Source: Candidatus Nanopusillus sp. (GTDB taxonomy: Archaea > Nanobdellota > Nanobdellia > Nanobdellales > Nanobdellaceae). From it: 21,623 nucleotides of DNA. The position numbers were made by a program, and so were the translations under genes. The notes beneath the pieces are model-generated. The model did no database searches. It had not been told where the DNA came from and saw nothing but the letters and a program-made list of their open reading frames with translations. The stretch covers positions 1 to 21,623 of the forward strand of contig JAPWTZ010000009.1 in assembly GCA_028275775.1 (NCBI GenBank), written 5' to 3'. Within the stretch, counting starts at the first letter, position 1. Every line of letters begins with the position of its first letter. Positions 12,749-20,725 of the stretch are shown here, one piece after another.

Positions 12749-15344
12749 TTATGAAAAATTATATCCAAAAAAATCTTTAGAAAGTTTAGGGTTATTTAGA
12801 AAAAAATGTAAAATTTGTGGGAGATATTTTTGGACTTTTGATAAAAATAGGGAAATATGTGGGGATCATGAAAATTATGGTTTTATAAATAATCCTATTG
12901 GAAAGAAATTAAAATATAATGAAGTATGGGAAAGTTTTTCAAAATATTTAAATAAGAAGGGTTATGCAATAATAAATAGATATCCTGTTGTAGCAAGATG
13001 GAGGGATGATATAGATTTTGTAATTGCATCAATTGCAGATTTCCAACCATGGGTTGTAGAAGGATATACAGAACCACCCTCAAAAAAATTAACTGTTCCT
13101 CAATTTTGTTTAAGGTTTAATGATGTAAGAAATGTTGGATTAACTGGAAGACATTATACTGGTTTTGTAATGATTGGACAACATGCATTTGTAAAACCTG
13201 AAGAATATGATATAAATCAATATTTTCTAGATCTATATTATTGGTTTGAAGATAATAATTTTCCAATGAATGAATTTTTATTTCATGAAGATAAATGGGA
13301 GGGTGGAGGAAATGGTGGTACATCAATTGAATTTTTTATAAGAGGTTTAGAGGTTGCAAATCAGGTATATATGCAATATAAAATTGTTAATAATGAATGG
13401 ATAGAATTGGATAAATTGAAAGTTTTGGATATGGGAATGGGGCAAGAAAGGGTTGCATGGATTACAAATGGTACAAATACATCATATGATATTGTATTTC
13501 CAAATACAATAAAATTCTTATTAGATAATATAAAATATGAAATTGATATAGATTTATTATCAAAGATTTCAATGTATTCTTCATTATTCGATTTTGAAAA
13601 AAATGATATAAAGTCTTTTGAAGAATTTTTAAAAGAAAAGGGAATGGATCCAAAGAATAATATTGAAATAATGAGGGCAATATATTCAATTTCAGATCAT
13701 ATTAGATCATTATATATTGCAATATCAGATGGAGCATTACCTTCAAATATTGGTGGAAATTATAATTTAAGATTGATTGCAAGAAGGATGTTTTATTTTA
13801 TTGATAAATATTTTGAAATAAATGATATAGAAGATTTTTTAAGAAAATTATTAATAAAAATTTCTGAAGATTGGTATGAAGAAAAATTAAAGGAAAATAT
13901 AAATGAAATTGTTGATATATTAAAATATGAATATGAAAAATATTTGGAAGTAAAGAAAAATGCCCAAAAAATTTTAAATAATTTAAAAAATATTGATACA
14001 AAGAAAATATTTGAATTATATACATCATATGGAATTTCTTTAGAAATTATAGAAGATATAAATCCAAATATAAAAATAAATAGAGAAGAATTAAATAAAT
14101 TAATTGAAGAACATAAAGAAAAATCTAAAAAAATAAGAAAAGAAGAAAAATTAAATTTAAAATTAAATTATCCAGAAACATATAAATCTTTTTATGAATC
14201 ATGGAAAAAATATTATGATATTGGAAAATTGATTGGAATAGAAGATGAATACTTAATATTTGATAGAACTGTATTTTATCCAACAAAAGGTGGTCAAGTA
14301 AATGATACTGGATATATATTTAATTTAGATGAAATAAAAAATTATTCAAAAGATATTTTAAATAATTATGATTTTCCATATTATGTAAAAGAAATATTAA
14401 AAGATTATTTAAATGGTAATAAAATTGAAGGATTTGAAAATTATTTTGCAAAGGTTATTGATGTAATTGAATATGAAAAAATAATATTACATAAAGTAGA
14501 TAGGAAAATTAACTGGGATAAAAATTCAAATATTTTACAAATTATTGATAAAGATAGAAGATATAGAATATCAAGGCATCATACTGCAACTCATTTATTA
14601 ACATCTGTATTAAGAAAAATGTATGGAAATCATATATGGCAAGCAGGTGCTGAGAAAAATGAATATGAAGGAAAATTGGATGTTACGCATTATAAAGTAC
14701 CTTCATATAATGAAATAAAATTAATTGAAAGAGAATTAAATAAAATAATATTGGAAGGAAGAAAAATAAATAAATTTTATTTGTTAAGAAATGAAGCTGA
14801 GGAAAAATATGGATTTATAATATATCAGGGAGGATTTATACCAGAAACAAAATTAAGAATTGTTGAAATAGAAAATACAGATGTTGAAGCATGTTCAGGA
14901 ACCCATTTAGATAATACATTGGAAATTGGATTGGTAAAAATAAAAAGCGTAGAAAAAATTGCAGATGGATTAATAAGATTTAGATTTGTTGCTGGTGATA
15001 GGGTTATAGAAGAATTTGAAGATTATGAAGAAAAAATTTTAGATATAAGAAATAAATATAATGTTGATATAAATAATTTAAATAATTATATTGAGAAAAT
15101 AAATAAGGAAAGGGATGAATATAATAAAAAGTTAAATATAATATTAGAAGAATATATTAAAAACAATATAAAGGATGGAAAATTATATTTAGAAACAAAT
15201 TTATATATTTCTGATATAATAAAATATGTTTTGAAGTATAAAGATTTAATAAATGATATAAATTTAAAGTGTAAGGATGGAATAATTAATTTAAAAGAAG
15301 GAGAAAAGAAAGTTGATAAATTTTATATAAAGAAATTAAATTAA
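12738..15344 (+). CDS. alaS: alanyl-tRNA synthetase, archaeal type, single unsplit polypeptide
   Basis: 868 aa. Archaeal N-terminal motif CKICGRYFWTFDKNREICGD, a catalytic core (FQPWV, QFCLRFNDV, HYTGFVMIGQH, GMGQERVAW) and editing-domain motifs HHTATHLL and CSGTH. GTG start overlaps the upstream gene by 11 nt. No in-frame ATG nearby. Confidence 0.92.
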   Translation: MQSDYEKLYPKKSLESLGLFRKKCKICGRYFWTFDKNREICGDHENYGFINNPIGKKLKYNEVWESFSKYLNKKGYAIINRYPVVARWRDDIDFVIASIADFQPWVVEGYTEPPSKKLTVPQFCLRFNDVRNVGLTGRHYTGFVMIGQHAFVKPEEYDINQYFLDLYYWFEDNNFPMNEFLFHEDKWEGGGNGGTSIEFFIRGLEVANQVYMQYKIVNNEWIELDKLKVLDMGMGQERVAWITNGTNTSYDIVFPNTIKFLLDNIKYEIDIDLLSKISMYSSLFDFEKNDIKSFEEFLKEKGMDPKNNIEIMRAIYSISDHIRSLYIAISDGALPSNIGGNYNLRLIARRMFYFIDKYFEINDIEDFLRKLLIKISEDWYEEKLKENINEIVDILKYEYEKYLEVKKNAQKILNNLKNIDTKKIFELYTSYGISLEIIEDINPNIKINREELNKLIEEHKEKSKKIRKEEKLNLKLNYPETYKSFYESWKKYYDIGKLIGIEDEYLIFDRTVFYPTKGGQVNDTGYIFNLDEIKNYSKDILNNYDFPYYVKEILKDYLNGNKIEGFENYFAKVIDVIEYEKIILHKVDRKINWDKNSNILQIIDKDRRYRISRHHTATHLLTSVLRKMYGNHIWQAGAEKNEYEGKLDVTHYKVPSYNEIKLIERELNKIILEGRKINKFYLLRNEAEEKYGFIIYQGGFIPETKLRIVEIENTDVEACSGTHLDNTLEIGLVKIKSVEKIADGLIRFRFVAGDRVIEEFEDYEEKILDIRNKYNVDINNLNNYIEKINKERDEYNKKLNIILEEYIKNNIKDGKLYLETNLYISDIIKYVLKYKDLINDINLKCKDGIINLKEGEKKVDKFYIKKLN

Positions 15345-15353
15345 TTTTTATAA

Positions 15354-15437
15354 GCGGCGGTGCCCGAGAGGTCAAAGGGGGTCGGTTTAGGTCCGATTGG
15401 ATAAGATCCGCCAGGGGTTCAAATCCCCTCCGCCGCA
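15354..15437 (+). tRNA. tRNA-Leu (anticodon UAG), class II with long variable arm, no intron, no encoded CCA
   Basis: Hand fold: acceptor GCGGCGG/CCGCCGC, anticodon stem GTCGG/CCGAT with loop TT-TAG-GT, variable hairpin GGAT-AAG-ATCC, T arm AGGGG-TTCAAAT-CCCCT, discriminator A. Confidence 0.9.
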
Positions 15438-15547
15438 TTAAAAATTAATCAAATGTATTAAATATTTTAATGTTTAATGAATATAATTAATAATTTTTTA
15501 CAGGTGAGAATTTTGCATATAATTTTTATCTCCTTTAATTATATTTA

Positions 15548-16360
15548 TTAGCTACTGGAAGATGCATATACATATGACCTATAACTTCCAATTACCTTAT
15601 TAATATATTCTCTTACTTTATTAGCATATTTTAAGGTTGTATTAAATAAATAGCTGATAACATCGGATGTAGATCTTACGAATTCATCTACCATTTTCTC
15701 TGCTTTTTCCTCATTCATTCCTGGTAAATAACTTAAATATTTTTCTGAATATGTTAAAAAGTTAATTAATAAAGGATATAAAGGATGAATATACTTTCTT
15801 ATACGTTTTACATATTCTTCTTTACCCCACATATATGGGTCTGGAAGAGGCTCAATACAAATTGCATCTATTCCATATTTTCCCCTAAAGATTAAGTTAA
15901 ATGTATCTATAGCTCTATCACAATGAGGTTCTTCGGTTAATATTGCTACTAGTGTATCTTTTGGTGCATGTAAATTGCGAAGTATTTCTTTAGCATAGAG
16001 AGCATTATATAATGTGGTTTTTGATCTATCATCAACTATATATTTATCTATACCAGTATTCTTTATTATTTCTTTAGCAATAGGTGCATCATCTGTACCA
16101 GCAGTTACAATTAAATACTCTGCAATTCCTTGTTTAAACGCTTTTATTCCTTCTTTAACTCTATATGGAGTATGATCTAAACCTCCTCCCAAAACAATTA
16201 TAGCATAATAATGTGGTGTTTGAGAATAATTAGAGGTTATATTTTCATAATTTACATAATTTCCAGAACTATAACTATTAAGTATCCTATCAAGATTGGG
16301 ATTCAACTTTTCACTTTTTCCTTTTCTATCTGCAAGAAGTATGTTTGTTAAGCATTCCAT
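15548..16360 (-). CDS. DUF218 (YdcF/SanA-like) domain protein
   Basis: 270 aa. The pattern IIVLGGGL ... YLIVTAGTDD ... DDRSKTTLYNALYAKEIL ... VAILTEEPHCDRA matches the DUF218 signature (VLGGG, sG, s.nT.eNa, VTs..H..Ra). Confidence 0.6.
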   Translation of the reverse strand: MECLTNILLADRKGKSEKLNPNLDRILNSYSSGNYVNYENITSNYSQTPHYYAIIVLGGGLDHTPYRVKEGIKAFKQGIAEYLIVTAGTDDAPIAKEIIKNTGIDKYIVDDRSKTTLYNALYAKEILRNLHAPKDTLVAILTEEPHCDRAIDTFNLIFRGKYGIDAICIEPLPDPYMWGKEEYVKRIRKYIHPLYPLLINFLTYSEKYLSYLPGMNEEKAEKMVDEFVRSTSDVISYLFNTTLKYANKVREYINKVIGSYRSYVYASSSS

Positions 16361-16424
16361 TATATTTAATATAATAAAAAGATTTTTATTTATTACTATC
16401 TTTTAGTAACATAAAATTTATATA

Positions 16425-16499
16425 TGGACCCGCGGGGATTCGAACCCCGGACCTCTCGGACCGCAACCGAGAATTCTATCCATGCTGAACTACGGGTCC
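16425..16499 (-). tRNA. tRNA-Arg (anticodon GCG), no intron, no encoded CCA
   Basis: Reverse complement folds as GGACCCG TA GTTC AGCATGGATA GAAT T CTCGG TT-GCG-GT CCGAG AGGTC CGGGG TTCGAAT CCCCG CGGGTCC A. This is a clean cloverleaf. Confidence 0.9.
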
Positions 16500-16507
16500 T
16501 ATATATA

Positions 16508-16993
16508 TTATATCTTTGGTAGTATTAAATTTCCAAATTTTTCATATCTATTTAATTTAAAGAATAATCCGGCTAAATAGGATAAATATGCATCATAAAT
16601 ATCTTTATATTTAAATACTTTTGAAAAATATTGATATTTTAATTTTAATATTTTTTCTACTGCCCTTGGAAATGTTTCATATACTTCTATATCATTATTA
16701 ATTTCCATTATTTTATTTTTTAATAAATTAGCCCTTTCATATAATAATTTCATTGATTTTAAGGATAATGGTAATGGTTTGAATCCATATTTATATAATA
16801 ATCTTTCTTCTATCCTATATGGATATTCATAACTTAAAGGTGCATCAATAAATATATATTTGAATTTTTCACTTTCTATTAAATTTAATATTTCTTCATT
16901 TTTATTTAATATTCCAAATATTGGTTTTTTATTAAAGTAAAAATATCCAGTTCTATTATTTTCCTTTGCAGATAGATCTAAGCCAAGTATCAT
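16508..16993 (-). CDS. predicted RNase H-fold nuclease-like protein (DUF429/COG2410-like)
   Basis: 161 aa. N-terminus MILGLDLSAKENNRTGYFYF and IFIDAPLS resemble the acidic-residue motifs of RNase H-fold (RuvC/DUF429-type) proteins. Weak, motif-level assignment. Overlaps trmY by 4 nt. Confidence 0.4.
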   Translation of the reverse strand: MILGLDLSAKENNRTGYFYFNKKPIFGILNKNEEILNLIESEKFKYIFIDAPLSYEYPYRIEERLLYKYGFKPLPLSLKSMKLLYERANLLKNKIMEINNDIEVYETFPRAVEKILKLKYQYFSKVFKYKDIYDAYLSYLAGLFFKLNRYEKFGNLILPKI

Positions 16994-17607
16994 TCTCTAT
17001 AAACAAATTTATATGAAGTATCATATATATCCTTTTCAAAATTCATTTTATCTAAATAATAATTTAATATTACAATAACTTGTGATGAAAAATAATTAAT
17101 ATCTCCCAAAGAAATTTTTATTACATCATTTTCTATCTTTTTCTTTATATCTTTTGGTATTCCTAAAAAATCTCCAACAATAAATACAGGATTTTCAATT
17201 TTTATATTTTCAATAAATTCCCCATCTCTATCCAATAAATATATGTTCTTTCCATTATTTTTATATTCTCTTAATAAATCGAAAAAATCAATTTTATCAA
17301 CATATATACCTGGAAAAGGATTCTTAATATTCTTTCTATTATATTTTTTTAATGATATCGATAATAATGTAGATATATCTTTTTTTGACCATGGGGTATT
17401 TATATCAGATTCTACCCTTATCAATCTTGGGGGAACAGGTTTTCCATTTAAATATAGATCAAATCTAATATTTTTTCTTAATCCATTTGATACAAAAAAA
17501 GCATGTATAATTGAATTAATTGCTATATCTAGTCTTCCAGAATAATATATATTTTTAAAATTTCCATCAGTTCTTATTGTATTTGAATAAAAAATAAATG
17601 TTCTCAT
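16990..17607 (-). CDS. trmY: tRNA (pseudouridine54-N1)-methyltransferase TrmY (SPOUT, DUF358)
   Basis: 205 aa. MRTFIFYSN, SGRLDIAINSIIHAFFVSNGLR, PPRLIRV, PGIYV, NPVFIVGDFLGIP and ISLG follow the pattern of the characterised archaeal TrmY family. Confidence 0.75.
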   Translation of the reverse strand: MRTFIFYSNTIRTDGNFKNIYYSGRLDIAINSIIHAFFVSNGLRKNIRFDLYLNGKPVPPRLIRVESDINTPWSKKDISTLLSISLKKYNRKNIKNPFPGIYVDKIDFFDLLREYKNNGKNIYLLDRDGEFIENIKIENPVFIVGDFLGIPKDIKKKIENDVIKISLGDINYFSSQVIVILNYYLDKMNFEKDIYDTSYKFVYRE

Positions 17608-17658
17608 AATGAAATATTTAAATAAAACCTTATAAAAAATGAAAAATAATAAACTCTT

Positions 17659-19935
17659 ATGAATAAATTAAAATTGTTTTTCTTATTTATTTTAATATTT
17701 AATCTTTTTAATATATATTCTCAAAATTATTCACCAACATTATTTAATATTCCAGTAAGTTCTATAAATATAAATCAATTAAATCTATATAATCTTGGAC
17801 AGGGATCTTATGGTGATTTTTATATTTTATATTCCTCATATTACTTTTCTTATCCAATAAATTCATCAAATCAATATTTAAATATATATTTTAATTCATC
17901 AATTCCTTTATCTTTTTATATAATGAATCAACAAAATTATCAAAATTTTCAAAATGGTAGTAATTTTACATCAATTTATCAAGCATATACAAATTATATA
18001 AATCAAAGTATATTTTTATCTTCAGGAAATTATTATATAGTAATTTATAACAATAATACACAAAATGCATATTATTATTTTATATATAGTTTAACAAATC
18101 AGCCTGAAAATAATATTTATTCTCCAATAGGAGTTTCTGATTATGGTATATATATTAGCAATGGAAATATTTATGGATATAATATTACAACAAATGAAGT
18201 TATTGGGGAAGTTTATTTAAATAGTTTTAGTTCATATGTTGATCCTTTATGTTCTAATAATTTTATAGGAGAGAATTCAGGTTCTATACAATTAAATGCT
18301 ATTTTAGAATTAAGTAATGGTCAATATTATTGGTTACAAAATGTTTTATTAATAAATAATACTGGCGGATATTATGAATTTGCTGATAATGTATGGAATT
18401 TTACATCTTCAAACTCTTATTTATCAAATAATTTAATTGAAGGAAATGGAATAGTAAGTAATTATGATAATAAATATTTTTATGTATATGAAACAAACTA
18501 TTCTAATTTACAATATCCATTAAATGTATATTTAATAATTAATATTACTCAAAATAATTCTTATCCAGAAATACAATTTGGATATAGTTTTGATGGACAA
18601 AATATAAATTGGTACGATAATGTTACATTATTAATTCCATCAAATGGCAATATAGTTATTTCTCCATATTTTACAGGTTCTGATAATATAGAAGATTTAG
18701 AATTGGTTATTGGGGGACCAGGATATGGAACATGTATAGATATAAACAATATTGGTGGTTATTTGGGTTTATATTATTTATATAACAATCAATATATTAC
18801 TCCAGATCCTTCAATATTTAATTATGGTTTTAATACAGCAGAATATTCTTCAAATATTAATGAAAATATAATATCACAAGGATTTGTAAATTTATCTGAA
18901 GGTCCTTTTTATCCAGAATATTTGGGAAATACATATACTTTAAATTATAATATATCAGTTTATTATTCTTTCAATAATTCATATATAAATTATCAATATC
19001 CATTTGGGACAGTTTTTAATATAAGTATCCCAATATATATTTATCAAAATAATACATTATATTTACTAAATAATTTAACAATAAATGGAGAAAATTATAA
19101 TATTAATTATTCACAACAATATGTAAACATAAGTTTGTTAGTAAATAATAATTATAATATTTCTACAAACTATACAGAATATTATTTAGTTATTATAGAT
19201 GATAATATTGGAATAAATTTCTCAATTTCTGGAAATTATCTAAATGAAACATATTATAATAATACATATTCTTTTTATGCAAATAATTTATTGAATATTT
19301 ATTTAAATCAAACATATAATTTTGGAAATTATCAATATTATTGTCCAAATAATATAACATTAAATATAAATAACTCAGAAACTATTAATCTATCCAATTA
19401 TTGTTATTTACAATATCAATTAAATATATCTTTCCCATTTAATTATACAATAAACAATAATACATATTCTGGAAATAATAGTTTTTATATAAATGCAAAT
19501 AGCAATGTATCTATATTAATAAATCCAATTAATTATATAAATAATCAGGAAAGATTATATTGCAATATAACAAATATAACAATAAACATAACTTATCCAA
19601 TGAATGTAGATTTATCTAATTATTGTATATATCAATATTTAGTTACATTTTATACTCCTTTTTTAGTAAATGTTTCTATAAATAATTATATAAATATTTA
19701 TGGAAATACTTCTATCTTTTTAAATAATGGAACTATGATAAATATTTTGCCTTCAGAATATATTTATCCAGGATTCTTTTATAATACAATTTATTATGAA
19801 AATGGATATAATTATATTGTAAATCAGCCTTTAAATATTGTTATACAATTCAATAAAAAAATTCAATATAATTATTTAAATATTGGATTATTAATTGGAG
19901 GAATAGTTGGAGTAATAGTATTTGTTTTATATTGA
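17659..19935 (+). CDS. thermopsin-family (peptidase A5-like) surface protein with signal peptide, C-terminal repeat modules and C-terminal membrane anchor
   Basis: 758 aa with signal-like MNKLKLFFLFILIFNLFNIYSQ. The core SPIGVSDYGIY ... GSIQLNAILELSNGQYYWLQNVLLINNTGGYYEFADNVWNFTS matches the conserved thermopsin block (P.G.aDyG ... QLN ... YW.Q.V ... dN.WN). Two ~73-aa Cys-pair modules at aa ~561-705. Terminal helix LLIGGIVGVIVFVLY. Confidence 0.7.
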   Translation: MNKLKLFFLFILIFNLFNIYSQNYSPTLFNIPVSSININQLNLYNLGQGSYGDFYILYSSYYFSYPINSSNQYLNIYFNSSIPLSFYIMNQQNYQNFQNGSNFTSIYQAYTNYINQSIFLSSGNYYIVIYNNNTQNAYYYFIYSLTNQPENNIYSPIGVSDYGIYISNGNIYGYNITTNEVIGEVYLNSFSSYVDPLCSNNFIGENSGSIQLNAILELSNGQYYWLQNVLLINNTGGYYEFADNVWNFTSSNSYLSNNLIEGNGIVSNYDNKYFYVYETNYSNLQYPLNVYLIINITQNNSYPEIQFGYSFDGQNINWYDNVTLLIPSNGNIVISPYFTGSDNIEDLELVIGGPGYGTCIDINNIGGYLGLYYLYNNQYITPDPSIFNYGFNTAEYSSNINENIISQGFVNLSEGPFYPEYLGNTYTLNYNISVYYSFNNSYINYQYPFGTVFNISIPIYIYQNNTLYLLNNLTINGENYNINYSQQYVNISLLVNNNYNISTNYTEYYLVIIDDNIGINFSISGNYLNETYYNNTYSFYANNLLNIYLNQTYNFGNYQYYCPNNITLNINNSETINLSNYCYLQYQLNISFPFNYTINNNTYSGNNSFYINANSNVSILINPINYINNQERLYCNITNITINITYPMNVDLSNYCIYQYLVTFYTPFLVNVSINNYINIYGNTSIFLNNGTMINILPSEYIYPGFFYNTIYYENGYNYIVNQPLNIVIQFNKKIQYNYLNIGLLIGGIVGVIVFVLY

Positions 19936-20009
19936 TGGGACCGCCGGGATTTGAACCCGGGACCACCGGTACCCCAAACCGACATCCTTCCAGGCTGGAC
20001 TACGGTCCC
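19936..20009 (-). tRNA. tRNA-Pro (anticodon GGG), no intron, no encoded CCA
   Basis: Reverse complement folds as GGGACCG TA GTCC AGCCTGGAA GGAT G TCGGT TT-GGG-GT ACCGG TGGTC CCGGG TTCAAAT CCCGG CGGTCCC A. About 65% G+C (48/74 by my count). Confidence 0.9.
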
Positions 20010-20028
20010 AGATAAAATATATAAAAAA

Positions 20029-20619
20029 TTAAAATATATAAGGAATAAATCTAAAAGTTTCTTTCATATATTCTTCATATTCTTTTCCAAACTTTTCTAA
20101 CATATATTTTTCTTCTGGAATTACTTCTCCAGCATATACCATCAATGATACAATAAAAGCTCCTAATATTCCTAATAAACTATATGTTACAAATCCAAGT
20201 CCAAAAAATATTATTATTTCTCCTAAATATCCAGGATGTCTTATATATTTGTATATACCATTTTTAATTATTTTTTGACCTTCAACAGTTCCAATAGATG
20301 GTAAATAATATTTTCCAAGAGTTGCCTCTGCAACACCCTGTAATATTAATCCAATTATAAATAATAGAAATCCAATAATATAACCTAAATTATAATTAAA
20401 TAATCCAAAATTATAATAATAACCTATTGATGCTAATATTACTATAAAAGTCATTCCAACTAATACATATAATATAAAACCTACTAAAGAATATAATTTT
20501 AATTCAATTATTTTTTCTCTTTCTTCCTTTATTATTATAAATGGTAATATTAATCCAACTATTATTTCTGATACTATAAAAAGAAACAGATATTCTTCTA
20601 TTCCCATGTTTATTATCAT
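20029..20619 (-). CDS. isoprenylcysteine carboxyl methyltransferase (ICMT)/phospholipid methyltransferase family membrane protein
   Basis: 196 aa, multi-pass hydrophobic. C-terminal signature GIYKYIRHPGYLGEII ... EEKYMLEKFGKEYEEYMKETFRFIP is typical of the ICMT/PEMT family. Confidence 0.75.
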   Translation of the reverse strand: MIINMGIEEYLFLFIVSEIIVGLILPFIIIKEEREKIIELKLYSLVGFILYVLVGMTFIVILASIGYYYNFGLFNYNLGYIIGFLLFIIGLILQGVAEATLGKYYLPSIGTVEGQKIIKNGIYKYIRHPGYLGEIIIFFGLGFVTYSLLGILGAFIVSLMVYAGEVIPEEKYMLEKFGKEYEEYMKETFRFIPYIF

Positions 20620-20653
20620 TTTAATATTATTTTGTTTTTAAAATATAAATTTA

Positions 20654-20725
20654 TGCCACCGCCGGGATTTGAACCCGGGACCTCTACCTTACCAGGGTAG
20701 CGCTCTACCGCTGAGCTACGGTGGC
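20654..20725 (-). tRNA. tRNA-Thr (anticodon GGU), no intron, no encoded CCA
   Basis: Reverse complement folds as GCCACCG TA GCTC AGCGGTA GAGC G CTACC CT-GGT-AA GGTAG AGGTC CCGGG TTCAAAT CCCGG CGGTGGC A. Confidence 0.9.

Noticed and set aside
10370-14028. Minus-strand ORFs 10370-10612, 11054-11446, 11587-11838, 12580-12768, 12895-13083, 13117-13326, 13462-13689 and 13798-14028
   Set aside because: All are antisense to fbp, the P1 gene, the coiled-coil gene or alaS, which have clear family signatures. The translations are repetitive and hydrophobic with no motifs.
15438-15547. Possible small RNA (e.g. C/D box sRNA) in the 110-nt spacer after tRNA-Leu, and likewise in 16361-16424
   Set aside because: I found no RUGAUGA/CUGA box pairs and no GC-rich stems. 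The composition matches ordinary intergenic or promoter DNA for the flanking minus-strand genes.
15548-16360. Compositional island or horizontal transfer signal at the DUF218 gene and at operon genes 1 and 6 (locally ~30-40% G+C)
   Set aside because: The G+C differences track amino-acid composition (Gly/Ala/Pro-containing versus Asn/Tyr/Ile/Lys-rich proteins). dnaG and fbp are similarly elevated. There are no flanking repeats or mobility genes.
15354-20725. Split, permuted or intron-containing tRNA genes, as known from Nanoarchaeum equitans
   Set aside because: All four tRNAs fold as contiguous canonical cloverleaves of 72-84 nt, with normal 7-nt anticodon loops and no bulge-helix-bulge insert.
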